Source: an uncultured Planctomycetota bacterium
Lineage (GTDB): Bacteria > Planctomycetota > Planctomycetia > Isosphaerales > Isosphaeraceae
Direction: 5' to 3'
Length of the DNA: 64,000 bases
Assembly: GCA_963823665.1 (NCBI GenBank)
Contig: CAWGMQ010000010.1
Location: forward strand, 1,760,001-1,824,000
A program made the position numbers and the translations under genes. Below the pieces are notes generated by a model. It made no database searches. It was not told where the DNA came from and saw only the letters and a list, made by a program, of their open reading frames with translations. Positions 1 through 11,600 of the stretch are shown in pieces. Positions within the stretch are counted from its first letter, which is position 1. Every line of letters starts with the position of its first letter.

Positions 1-2567
1 CGGATAAGACGCTGGTCACCGGCTTCGGGGCGATCGTGGGCACGCTGGAATACATGTCGCCCGAGCAGGCGGAGGTCAACCAGCTCGACATCGACACACG
101 CAGCGACATCTACTCGCTGGGCGTGTTGCTCTACGAGTTGCTGACGGGCAGCCCGCCGTTTTCACGCAATGAGCTGACCCAGGCCGGCATGCTGGAAATG
201 CTCCGCTTGATCCGCGAGCAGGAGCCGTCAAAACCGAGCACGATGCTGAGCACGGCGGAGGGCTTGCCGACGTTGGCCGCCAATCGCGGGACGGAGCCGG
301 CGAGGCTGACGAAGCTTGTGCGTGGCGAGCTTGATTGGATCGTGATGAAGGCCCTGGATAAAGACCGCATCCGCCGCTACGAGACCGCCAGCGGCTTCGC
401 GATGGACGTGCGGCGCTACCTGGCCGACGAGCCAGTGCAGGCGTGTCCGCCTGGAGCGGGGTATCGGCTGCGCAAGTTCGCCAGGCGAAACAAGGGTGTG
501 CTGGCGGTGGCAGCGCTGGTGCTGTTCTTCCTCGTGCTTTTCGGCAGCGGCGTCGGCTGGGTGGTGCGGGATCGGTCGGCGCGGGAGGGGGAGTTGCGTG
601 CGGCGGTGACGGCGGCGCTCGACAAGGTGACGGACTTGCGAGAGCGCGGCGCTCGGGCGAGGCGCGTGCGGTGCTCGAGCAGGTGCGGCAGAGGCTCACG
701 TCCTCGGGCGCGGAGGATTTGCCGCGTCAGGTGAAGCAAGCGGAGGCCGATGTGGCGCTCGTGGACAGGCTGGAGGCGGCGCGGCTGCAAGCGTCGGCGG
801 TGGCCGGCAACATTCTCGACCATGCCTCGGCGGTAAGGGAGTACGCGGCGGCGTTTCGAGAAGCGGGTATCGGAGAGGAGACGGAGGCGGCGGAAGTCGT
901 CGCGGATCGGATTCGATCAAGGGCGGTGCGGGAGCAGTTGGTGGCGGCCGTGGACGATTGGGCCGTGCGCGTGGGCAAGGAAGAACCGCCGCGTGCGACC
1001 TGGATGTTGGCGGTGGCGCGGGCGGTGGACCCCAATCCGTGGCGCAATCGTTTTCGGGATGCGGCGGTGTGGAACGACCGCACGGCGCTTGAGCGTCTGG
1101 CCCGCGAGGCGAAGGTGAGCGAACTGTCCCCGCAAATCATGAATGCATTGGGGATGCTATTGGTGAAGCTAAACGCGGATGCGATACCGTTGTTGACCGC
1201 GGCGCAGCGGCGTTATCCGAGCGATTTCTGGTTGAATTTTAGTTTGGGTGGGGCATTATATAATGCCCAGCGATGGGAGGAGGCGATCAGTTGCTACCGA
1301 GCGGCGTTGGTGTTGCGTCCGGCAGCCAGCGCCGCGTACCACAGCCTCGGCAACGCCCTGCGGATGAACGGCCGTGTGGATGAGGCCATCGCCGAGTACC
1401 AGAAGGCGATCGAACTCGACCCCAAGTATGGCCTTGCCCACGTCAACCTCGGCCACGCCCTGCGGGAGAAGCGCCGTGGGGATGACGGCATCGCCGAGTA
1501 CCGGAAGGCCATCGAACTCGACCCCAAGTTTGCCGCTGCCCACGTCAACCTCGGCCACGCCCTGCGGGATATGGGCCGTGGGGATGACGCCATCGCCGAG
1601 TACCGGAAGGGCATCGAACTCGATCCCAAGAATGGCCGTGCCTACGACAACCTCGGCCACGCCCTGCGGGATATGGGCCGTGTGGACGAGGCCATCGCCG
1701 AGTACCGGAAGTTCATCGAACTCGACCCCAAGTTTGCCGCTGCCCACTACTTCCTCGGCCTCGCCATGAAAGCCAAGGGAGACCTGGACGGGGCTGAGCG
1801 TGCCTTCCGTGAGGCAGTTCGTCTGGACGGCGAAAAGCACGGGGACGCCATCGATGCGCTGGCGGAACTGCTGCTGTCCCGCGGCAATTTGAAGGAAGCC
1901 ATCGCCACGTATCAAAAGATCATGATCCTCGATCCCGAGAGCGCGTCGGCGCACTACCACCTCGGAATCGCCCTGAAAGCCAAGGGAGACCTGGACGAGG
2001 CCATCGCCGCCTTCGAAGACGTCATCCGGCGCCAGCCGGATTTCACCGCGGCGCATTTCGGACTGGCTTCCGCCCTCGCCGAGGCCAAGCAATGGGATCG
2101 CTCGGCGAGTGTCTACGCAGCGGCACTGAAGCAGTTTGGCCCCGAGCGATCGCCCGGGCCGTGGTTTGAAGCCATCCGCTCGGACGAGGTTTTCACGCGC
2201 TTGACGGCCGAGCAACCGGATGACCGCCTCCCTCGGATCATGCGGGCTCGCCTCCATGTCTTGGAGCGCGACTGGAAATGCGCCGTGGCGGAGTATGCCC
2301 GCGTCTATGAATCGTTGGCAAGTATCGACCCGGCTAAGCTCCGCGTCGAGGGGGGCGATGGCCCATTCCCGACTGGGTCATGTGGAGGACGCGCGCAAGT
2401 CCCTGCAGCGCGCTCTCGAACTGGCCGGCCGAGCGAGCCCCGAGCAACCACCGGGACTGGCATGGCCCGACATGGCGCCGCCTGATTTCGTGGAATTCGA
2501 GCTCCTTCGCCACGAGGCCGAGGAACTCATCGACCCCAAATCGGAGGAGAAACGGGACAAGAAATAA
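1..2567 (+). CDS. Ser/Thr protein kinase - TM - TPR protein (5' partial, frameshifts near 655 and 2375)
   Basis: Kinase C-lobe motifs [10 protein letters not shown] and [15 protein letters not shown], hydrophobic segment VLAVAALVLFFLVLFG, 34-aa TPR units (AIAEYQKAIELDPK). Pieced from ORFs 36..734, 443..2485 and 2220..2567. Paralog of 57881..60445. Confidence 0.9.
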
Positions 2568-2570
2568 ACG

Positions 2571-2636
2571 GACTGGGCGTACGCCCGAAGCTGGCTCCGG
2601 CTGGCTATCGACCGTACATCCGGCCACCGGCCCTGA
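2571..2636 (+). pseudogene. Orphan 3' tail of an ECF43/TIGR02999-like sigma gene
   Basis: Translates DWAYARSWLRLAIDRTSGHRP*, matching the sigma region-4 end (WLYARAWL / WRYARAWL) of the intact ECFs in the window; no upstream sigma sequence. Confidence 0.8.
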
Positions 2637-2658
2637 CCGACCGGGAAGAAGAAAAACG

Positions 2659-2686
2659 TTACGGGTCCGCCCCCGGTTTCTCGCAT
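2659..2686 (+). promoter_or_regulatory. Putative ECF promoter TTACGG-N17-CGCAT
   Basis: Member of the repeated bipartite motif family with exact 17-nt spacing, preceded by an A-tract. Confidence 0.7.
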
Positions 2687-2933
2687 TGTATTCTGGACGG
2701 GCCCCACGGCCCGCCGCGGAGGCTCCCATTACCGTATCGGTCACTGTTGGCATCGTTATCGGCCGGGTATTCTGAGTCAGTTGCTCTTCACCAGGCCGGC
2801 TGCCTTTTTTCCTGTCCTCGCGCTGGCCTGCAGTGCGGAATATACCTTTAGAGGCTCTAACTTTTGGACGGGGAACCCCCGGTATCTTCAGGCCAAGCGC
2901 CTCATTCTGTTCAGTACCTCTCAGGGGACCATC

Positions 2934-3566
2934 ATGACCGCACCCGCGACCGACGAGGCCGACCTCTTGCGGCGGGCGAAGGCGGGCGATCAGCAGGCTG
3001 TGGCCACGCTGTTCGCCCGCTACCGCGACCGCCTGCGCAAGATGGTCCGGCTTCGCCTCGATCGCCGCCTGTACGGTCGCATCGACACGTCGGACGTCCT
3101 CCAGGACGCTTACCTGGAGGTGGCCCGACGCTTCCCCGAGTACGCGGCCTCCCCGACCGTGCCGTTCTACATCTGGCTGCGGTCCCTGACGGGGCAGCGG
3201 CTCGTCGATGTGCATCGCCGCAACCTGGGCGCGGAGATGCGCGATGCCGGGCGGGAGGTGTCGCTGTACCGCGGCCCACTGCCGGCGGCCTCGTCCGCGT
3301 CGCTGGCGCAGCACCTGCTGGCCGGCCTGACGTCGCCCACACAGGCCGCCATCCGGGCGGAGATGCAGCTTCGGCTGCACGAGGTGCTCAACAGCATGGA
3401 CCCGATCGACCGCGAGGTGGTCGTGCTGCGTCACTTCGAAGAACTGAGCAACATCGAGGCGGCCGAGGTCCTCGGGATCGAGACCTCGGCGGCCAGCAAG
3501 CGCTACATCCGGGCGATTCGACGGCTCAAGGCGATTCTCGACGCCGTGCCCGGGTTTTTCGGCTGA
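2934..3566 (+). CDS. ECF sigma-70 factor, planctomycete TIGR02984-like
   Basis: LLRRAKAGDQQAVATLFARYRDRL, RIDTSDVLQD, TSPTQAA and DREVVVLRHFEELSNIEAAEVLG; ATG at 2934 follows AGGGG. Confidence 0.9.
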   Translation: MTAPATDEADLLRRAKAGDQQAVATLFARYRDRLRKMVRLRLDRRLYGRIDTSDVLQDAYLEVARRFPEYAASPTVPFYIWLRSLTGQRLVDVHRRNLGAEMRDAGREVSLYRGPLPAASSASLAQHLLAGLTSPTQAAIRAEMQLRLHEVLNSMDPIDREVVVLRHFEELSNIEAAEVLGIETSAASKRYIRAIRRLKAILDAVPGFFG

Positions 3567-3584
3567 ACGTCCCGGAGGAATGCA

Positions 3585-6500
3585 ATGCCCTCGTCCCATT
3601 CGTCCCGCGATGTGGTGCTGGAGCGGTTGGCCGCGGATTTCGTCGAACGCCACCGCCAGGGCAAGCACCCGCCCCTGAGCGAGTACACCGACCGCTACCC
3701 CGACCTCGCCGCCGACATCCGCGATCTGTTTCCGGCGCTGGTGCAGATCGAGAAACTGAAGCCACCCACCGACGTCACCGACGACTTCGAGCGGCCGGCG
3801 ATAGCCGCCTTCGCCAACCTGGAGCGCCTCGGCGACTACCGCATCCTGCGTGAGGTGGGCCGGGGCGGCATGGGGGTCGTTTACGAGGCGGAGCAAGAAT
3901 CGCTCGGCCGGCACGTTGCCCTCAAGGTGCTGCCGTCCTCGGCGCTCCTGAACCCGACGTACCTGGCCCGCTTCCGCCGCGAGGCCCAGGCGGCCGGGCG
4001 GCTGCACCACACCAACATCGTGCCCGTCTTCGGCGTCGGCGATTGCGACGGCGTCCACTACTACGCCATGCAGTTCATCCAGGGCGAGGGGCTCGACAAG
4101 GTGCTCTGCCGACGTCCGCCGCCTCCGCCGGCCGCTGGATTCCGGTGAAGCGCTGCCCGCCGAGGGTAGCGTGGCGCACAGCCTTCTGACCGGCCAGTTC
4201 AACCCGCCCACGGCCGTCGATCCCGGCCAGCCGACCGAACACCCCGATTCTTCGTCGCTCACCTCGCGGCTGTCGCCGTGCGGGCCCGAGGCCGAATACT
4301 ACCGAGGCGTGGCGCGGATCGGCGTTCAGGTCGCCGACGCGCTGGCCTACGCCCACCGCCAGGGCATCCTGCACCGCGACGTCAAGCCGTCGAACCTGCT
4401 GCTCGATCTGCAGGGGACCGTGTGGGTCACCGACTTTGGGCTGGCCAAGGCCGAGGGAACCGAGGAGCTGACGCACACCGGCGACATCGTCGGCACGATC
4501 CGCTTCATGGCTCCCGAGCGGTTCGAGGGCAAGTCGCTGCCGCAGAGCGACGTCTATGGCCTGGGCCTGACGCTCTACGAGTTGCTGACACTCCGGCCGG
4601 CGTTCGACGACACGAACAAGGGCCGGCTCATCGACAGGGTGCTGCACGAGCCGCCCCGGCCGCCGTGCAAGCTCGACCCGCGGGTCCCGCGCGATCTGGA
4701 GACGCTCGTGCTGAAGTGCCTGACGAAGGACCCCAGCGAGCGCTACGCGACGGCCGAGGCGCTGGCGAAGGACCTGCGCCGTTTCCTGGCCGATCGCCCC
4801 ATCCATGCGCGGCGCGCCACCGCGGCCGAGCAAGCCTGGCGCTGGTGCCGCCGCAATCCCTGGCTGGCTGGCCTGTCGGCCGCCGTTCTGCTGCTCTTGC
4901 TGGTCGTGGCCATGGGTTCCCTGGTGTTCGCCCTGCGCTTGCAGCAGGAGCTGGGCCACCGGCGCCAGGCGGAAGGCGACGCGCTGGAGAAGCTGTTCAC
5001 GGCCCGGGTCGCCGAGGCACAGGCGCGGCGCTACAGCGGCCGATCCGGGCAGCGCTTCAAAAGCCTGGAGGCGATTCAGGAGGCGGTCCAGTTGGCCCGG
5101 CGACTGCAGAAGCCGCCCGAGACTTTCGACGAGCTGCGCAACGAGGCCATTGCCGCGCTGTGCTTGCCCGACATTGATGACGGTGGGCCCCAATGGAAGA
5201 CGGCGTGTCCCGCTTCCGACATGGCCTTCGACCCGACCGGGCAGGGCTACGTGCAAGTGGACGAGGGACACGCCTATTACTGTCGGCTGGTCGACGGGAA
5301 AGAACAGCGGCTCAAGGAGCTGCACGTTTCCGGGAGGGCCCTCTTTGGGGAGTGGCACAGCCCGGACCTCCGTTTTCTGGCCCTGGGCAGCCCGCACATT
5401 CCCGGGAAAGGGTACGACTGGCTGAAGCTGTGGCGCTGCGATGGGCCCCAGGCGAAGTTGGTGCTGGAAGATCGCGGGATATCCGAGTCGGCCACGGCGT
5501 TCCGGCCGGACGGGCGGCAACTGGCCGTCGGCCACCGCGACGGCACGCTCACGGTCCACGACACCGAAACGGGGGCGGTCGTGCGGCAGTGGCAGGTCGG
5601 AGTTCCCCCGTTCGCCGCCATGTTCCACCCCCGCCTTCCCCGCCTGGCCGTCGCTTGCGGGGCAGAGGTACGCCTCTACGACGTCGAGAGCGGCGCCCTC
5701 CTTTCCCCCCGGTTCACCAACCCCAACGGCGTGTCGGCTGTCGCCTGGAACCCAGACGGCAGAAGGCTGGCCATCGACTGCTTTGAGCAAAAACTCGTCC
5801 TGTGGGACAGCGAGACCGGGCAGCAACTGACCCCGCACTATGAGGGGCTCGGCGGCGCCGGCCTCGACCTCCGATTCAACGCGACCGGCGATCGCCTCCT
5901 CACCGCCGACTGGGGCGGAATCCTCCGCCTCTGGGACGCGGGTACGGGCAAGCAGCTATTCAACACGCCGCGTACCAGCTTACGGCCCACCTCGGGGTAT
6001 TGGCCCCGCTTTTGCCGGGATGACCAGTGTCTCGTGTTGCGATTCGCCGGAGACACCATCAAGTTACTGCGGTTCGCCCCAGGCCGAGAACACCGGGTGC
6101 TGATCTCGGCCACCCCGTCGATCATCGAGGACGACTTCTATCACCTGCTGTACCCGCACGGGTGGCTGTTGTCGGCGGACCTGGCGATCGAGGGCCGGTT
6201 TGGGTTTGATGCCTCGGGTGCCCTCTTGAGTCGGAATGCGAACGGAGTCTTCCGCTGGCCTGTCCGCGTGGACGCCGGCTCGCCAGAGAGCTACCGCCTG
6301 GGCCCGCCTCAGAGGGTCACCTCGCAGCACACCGCGCAGGCAACCATCGGCGACGAGCCGTTCGGTGCCTCCCGGGATGGGCGAGTGCTGGCGTTTGCGC
6401 ACGCGACGCACGCAACGGTCGTTCACATGGGCCCGCCGCTCCGAACACTGACCCTGGGGCCCCAGTACGACGTGCGACACGTCAGCGTCAGTCCCGATGG

Positions 6501-7997
6501 GCGCTGGGTCGTAACCGGCAGCCGCTGGGCCGACCCAAACGGTGAGAACGCCAAGGTCTGGGAGGCGTCCACAGGCAAGTTGATCACCGTGTTGCCGATC
6601 GGCGCGGACTTGAAACCCGTTTTCAGCGCGGACGGCATCTGGCTGCACACCACGAATCCCACGCATCGCTCGCCGTACTGGTGCAAGGTCGGCACCTGGC
6701 AGCCCAAAGCTGTTCCCCGTCCGTCCGGCCTGCTCGCGCCGGACGGCCGGCTGCTCGCCTGTCTCGCTGGGTATGGTGAAATCCTGCTGGTGAACTTCGA
6801 GACCGGCAAGGAGATGGCACGCCTGAGCATCCCTCCGCAGACTCGCCTCGAGCCGCGGAACTTCAGCCCCGACGGCGCCTGGTTATATGCCATCGGCTGG
6901 GACCCAGCAGCTCTATCGCTGGGACCTGAGGGTCATTCGCCGTCAGCTCGCCGAGCTGGGTTTGGACATGGATCTGCCTCCGTGCCCCGAGCAGACGGAC
7001 CGACCGATGGCGTGGCCGCCGCCGGCCGTGACGGTGCATCATCCGGAGCTGGCGAGCGACGCGGCCAAACTGCGCCAGTCGGAGCTGACGCAGGCGTCCA
7101 TCGCCTCTTGGGTCAATCCCTTCGACGCCGATGCCCACGCCCGGCTCGGGGCCCTGGCGTACGCGGACGGGCGCTTCGGGGATGCGTTCGCCCACCTGTC
7201 GATTGCACGAACGATCCGCCCCGACGACTTCGAGGTTCGCCGCCTGCGGGCCATGGCCGCGCGCCGATGCGGTCAGTGGGCGGAGGCCGTCGTCGATGCG
7301 GATTGGGTACTGCGCGAGCAACCCGGTCACCTGGACGCCCTCGGGGCTCGGGGCGAGTCCCTGCAGCGCCTCGGACGCCACGCGGAGGCGGTCGCGGACC
7401 TCACCGCCTTGCTGAAGTTCTACCCCGAGGACGCCGAGCTGTACGAGCAGCGCGCCCGCTGTTACGACGCCTTGAACGACGCGGAGCCACGCCGACGCCG
7501 ACCGCAAGAAGGCGGCGGAGGTCGCGCGAAACGACCCGCGGCAGCTCAATAACAGGGCCTGGCATCTCCTCACCGGCCCCGCGGCCGAGCGCGACCCGGT
7601 GCGAGCGCTGGAGCTAGCAAGGAAGATCATCGAGCGGGCGCCCAACTCCCAGGCGTACCTCAACACGCTGGGCTTGGCCCAGTATCGCAACGGACTTTAT
7701 GGAGAGTCCATTGCGACGCTCGAAAACAGCCTCAAAGCCGGAAAGGGACAGTTCGACGCCTTTGACCTGTTCTTCCTCGTCATGTGCCATGCCAAACTCG
7801 GGGATTCGCTGAAGGCCAGGGACTGCTTTGATCGAGCCCTGAAGTGGACCGAGGCGCACAAGGACTTGCCGGCGCAGTACAAGGAAGAATTGAAGGCGTT
7901 CCGCGCGGAGGCCGAAGAGCTGCTGCGAAGTGCGCCAGGCACAAGCGGCAAAGGAGGAGGGGGAGAAGGGGAGGGAGAAAAGGTGGGGGGAAGGTGA
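3585..7997 (+). CDS. Ser/Thr kinase - TM - WD40 propeller - TPR protein (frameshifts near 4110, 6905, 7485)
   Basis: [27 protein letters not shown] motifs; TM LSAAVLLLLLVVAMG; WD40 repeats (AFRPDGRQLA, AWNPDGRRLA); TPR tail; SD GGAGG immediately after the sigma stop. Confidence 0.88.
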
Positions 7998-8011
7998 AGA
8001 AGAACGATCAG

Positions 8012-8063
8012 GACTGGGCTTACGCCCGCAGCGATCGACCGCATGTCCGGCCACCGGACCTGA
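8012..8063 (+). pseudogene. Orphan ECF sigma 3' tail (internally shortened)
   Basis: DWAYARS..IDRMSGHRT*, homologous to 2571..2636. Confidence 0.7.
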
Positions 8064-8084
8064 CCGACCGACCAGGAAAAAATA

Positions 8085-8112
8085 TTACGGGTTCGGTCCC
8101 GGTTTCTCGCAT
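8085..8112 (+). promoter_or_regulatory. Putative ECF promoter TTACGG-N17-CGCAT
   Basis: Repeated motif with exact spacing. Confidence 0.7.
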
Positions 8113-8210
8113 TGTGCTCTGGACGGGCCTAACCGGCCCGCCGCGGAGAAGGAGTAACCTGACACGATCTAACGCTGACCATTCGCGTTGATTCGGTGTG
8201 CGGGCTTCGT

Positions 8211-8369
8211 TGATCACCGAACTGACAACGTTCAGAGGAAAGCGGCCGGCGGGGTCCTTACCGCCAAGCAAGCCCCCGCCGGCCCGGCACCGCTCCGGCG
8301 ATCGGTCTGCGCACCGGCGCGATGTCTTTTTCATTGTACCGCAGACCAGCTCTCGAAAGGAGAAGCATC
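8211..8369 (+). ncRNA. Structured leader element, copy 1 (ACCGCCAAGC-loop family)
   Basis: TGATCACCGAACTGA box; hairpin GGCCGGCGGGG 8244-8254 / CCCCGCCGGCC 8274-8284; hairpin GGTCTGCG/CGCAGACC; TCTC-GAAA-GGAGA over the SD. Confidence 0.6.
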
Positions 8370-8505
8370 ATGTTGTTTCTCTTCCTGGCTGCGAACTCGG
8401 AATTTGAGCGGCAGCTGCGCGGCAGCGGGCGCGAACGTCCCCCCGCCGGACCAACCTCTTTCTCCGCCCCGTCCTCCGGCCGAAGTCCGACCGCCTGGTC
8501 ACTGG
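8370..8505 (+). pseudogene. Degraded 5' remnant of a TIGR03118-like gene
   Basis: ATGTTG..CTCTTCCTGGCTGCGAA start and a CGGCCGAAGTCC patch shared with 43676..44875. Confidence 0.6.
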
Positions 8506-8531
8506 GTGCCCTGACCGACCGGGAAAAAACT

Positions 8532-8559
8532 TTGCGGGTTCGGTCCCGGTTTCTCGCAT
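8532..8559 (+). promoter_or_regulatory. Putative ECF promoter TTGCGG-N17-CGCAT upstream of giant secreted protein 1
   Basis: Repeated motif; flanks homologous to the 2640-2720 and 8065-8145 copies. Confidence 0.7.
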
Positions 8560-8655
8560 TGTGTTCTGGACGGGCCCTGCGGCTCGCCGCGGCGGAGAGC
8601 CCCGCCATGGTGATCGGCCCTATCGCATGACATCCCACTCGAGGAGGAGACATCC

Positions 8656-11600
8656 ATGGCCAGCCATCGCAGACTTCAAGAGCGGTTCGCATTCGCCTCC
8701 CGCCCGGTTCACCATCACCGCCTCCGCCGCCGCCCGGACCTGGAGGTCCTCGAGGGCCGCGCCCTGCTGTCCACGTTCACCGTCAACAGCCTGGGCGATG
8801 TGGGGAGCGGTTCCGGCGACTCGGGCGACCTGCGGTACTGCATCAACCAGGCCAACGCCGATGACCAGGCGAACACGATCGTCTTCGATTCGACCATGTT
8901 CGGCACGCCCCAGACGATCACGCTCTCCAGCGGCGGCCAGCTCGAGCTGAGCGACACCGGCGGAACGCAGACGATCACCGGGCCGGCCGCGGGGGTGACC
9001 ATCAGCGGCGGCGGGAATAGCCGCGTCTTTCAGGTCGACAGCGGCGTGACGGCCTCGATTCTCCGGCCTGACCATCTCCGGCGGCTCAGTGCAGGGCAAA
9101 GGCGGCGGTCTGGCTGAACTACGGCACGGCGACGCATCACTGACTGCACCATAAGCGGCAACACCGTCACCAGATTCGTCTTCTACGGCCGATACGGCCA
9201 GGTGTACAGCGCCGACCAGGGCGGCGGCGTGTTCAATTCCGGAACGGCCGACCCTGACCGACTGCACCATCAGCGGCAACACCGCCTTCTCTATAGTCCG
9301 AAAGGCAAGACCAGGCTACGACACCTACTACTATTACAACTATTACGGCAACGGCGGCGGCGTGTTCAATGCCGGCACGGCCAAACTGACCGACTGCACC
9401 GTCAGCGGCAACGACGCCGGCGCCGCCGGATTCGCTGGCGGCGGCCTGTACAATCTCGGTACGGCCAACCTTATCCTGACCGACTGCACCGTCAGCGGCA
9501 ACACCGGCGGCGGCGAGGAAAACCTGGGCGTTACAACGTCACCCTGACCGACACCATCGTCGCCGGCAACAGCGGCGGCGACATCGCCGGTTACACCAAC
9601 GTCTCGGGCAGCTTTAACTTGATCGGCACCGGCGGCTCGGGGTCGGCTGACCAATGGCGTAGAATGGCAACATCGTCTTGACCAGCCTCACCGGTTTGGA
9701 CCTGGCCCCGCTCGGCAATTTTGGCGGGCCGACCCAGACCATGGCCTTGCTCCCCGGCAGCCCTGCCTTGGGCGCGGGTGTGATCGCCGACTACCCGGGC
9801 ACCACCACTCGCGATCACGACCGACCAACGCGGCGAGCCCCTCGACACACCCAATCCCGACATCGGCGCCTTCCAGTCCCAGGATCCCACGCTCACCGCG
9901 CTCTCCTTCTCGGGAATCAGCAACCAGGTTATCACCGACGGCACCTCGAGCGTGACCATTTCCGGTACGCTGGCCGACGGCTCGCAGGCCCCGGTGGGCG
10001 AGACCGTCGCCGTCACGCTCGATGGCGTGGAACAGTCGCCCACGATTGGCTCCGGCGGCGCCTTCTCCACGACCTTTGACACCACCAGCCTCACCGTGGC
10101 CAATTCGCCCTACACGGTCAACTATGTCTACTTGAGCGACGGCACCTTCGCCTCCGCCGATACCACCAGCGAGCTAACCGTCAACTCGGCGACGCCCACC
10201 ATCTTCACAGTCAACAGCTTGGGGGATGCCGGGAGCGGTTCCGGCGACTCGGGCGACCTGCGGTACTGCATCAACCAGGCCAACGCCGATGACCAGGCGA
10301 ATACGATCGTCTTCGATCCGACCCTGTTCAGCACGCCCCAGACGATCACGCTCTCAGGCACCGGGCTCTTTCTGGAAGACACCGGTGGAACGCAGACGAT
10401 CACCGGGCCGGCCGCGGGGCTGACCATCAAGAGCGGCGGGAACAGCCGCGTCTTTCAGATCGACGATGGTGTGACCGCCTCGATCTCCGGCCTGACCATT
10501 TCCGGCGGCACGGTCCAGTGGCCCGGTTCCGGTGGCGGTTTGAAGAACTACGGCACGGCGACGCTCACTGACTGCACGATCAGCGGCAACTCCGCCAACA
10601 TCGGCGGCGGCGTGTACAACGGCTCTTATGCCAACCTGACCCTGACCGACTGCACCGTCAGCGACAACTCGGCCCGGAGCTGGGGCGGCGGACTGTTCAA
10701 TGACGGCTTCGCCACCCTGACCGACTGCACCTTGAGCGGCAACTCGTCCGGGGGCGCGGGCGGAGGAGTGTTCAATACCGGCGTCGAATACGAAATGGGC
10801 GTCTTCCCCAAGCTGACCCTGACCGACTGCACCATCGGCGGCAACTCGGCCGGGGGCGGAGGCGGCGGGGTGTTCAATGACGCCACCGCCACGCTGACCG
10901 ACTGCACCGTCAGCGACAACTCGTCCGGGAGCACGGGCGGAGGCGTGTTCAATAAGGGCCCGGCCAACCTGACCCTGACCGGCTGCACCGTCAGCGGCAA
11001 CACCGGTGTCCGTGCCGGCGGTGTGGGAAATTACGCCGGCACGAGCACGCTGATCGACTGCACCGTCGGCGGCAACTACGCCGCCTACGGCGGCGGCGCG
11101 TTCAATTATTACCAAGAGGCCACCCTGATCCTGATCGACTGCACCGTGAGCGGCAACAACGCCACGGACTCCGGCGGTGGCGTGTTCAGTTACGGCACGG
11201 TCAACCTGACCGACACCATCCTCGCCGGCAACACCAGTGGCTCGAGCGCCAGCGACATCGTGGGTAACGTCTCGGGCAGCTTTAACTTGATCGGCACGGG
11301 CGGCTCGGGCGGGCTGGTTAATGGCGTCGACGGCAACATCGTCTTGACCAGCCTGAGCGGGCTCGGCCTGGCCCCGCTGGCCAAGAACGGCGGCCCGACC
11401 CAGACCATCGCCTTGCTCCGCGGCAGCCCGGCCATCGCCGCGGGTGTGATCGCCGACTATCCCGGCACCACCACTCCGATCACCACCGACCAGCGCGGCG
11501 AGCCCCTCGATTCGCCCTACCCTGACATGGGCGCCTTCCAGGTCCAGGGGTCCGGACTCATCGCGCTCTCCTTCTCGGGACTGAGCAACCCGAGCATCAC

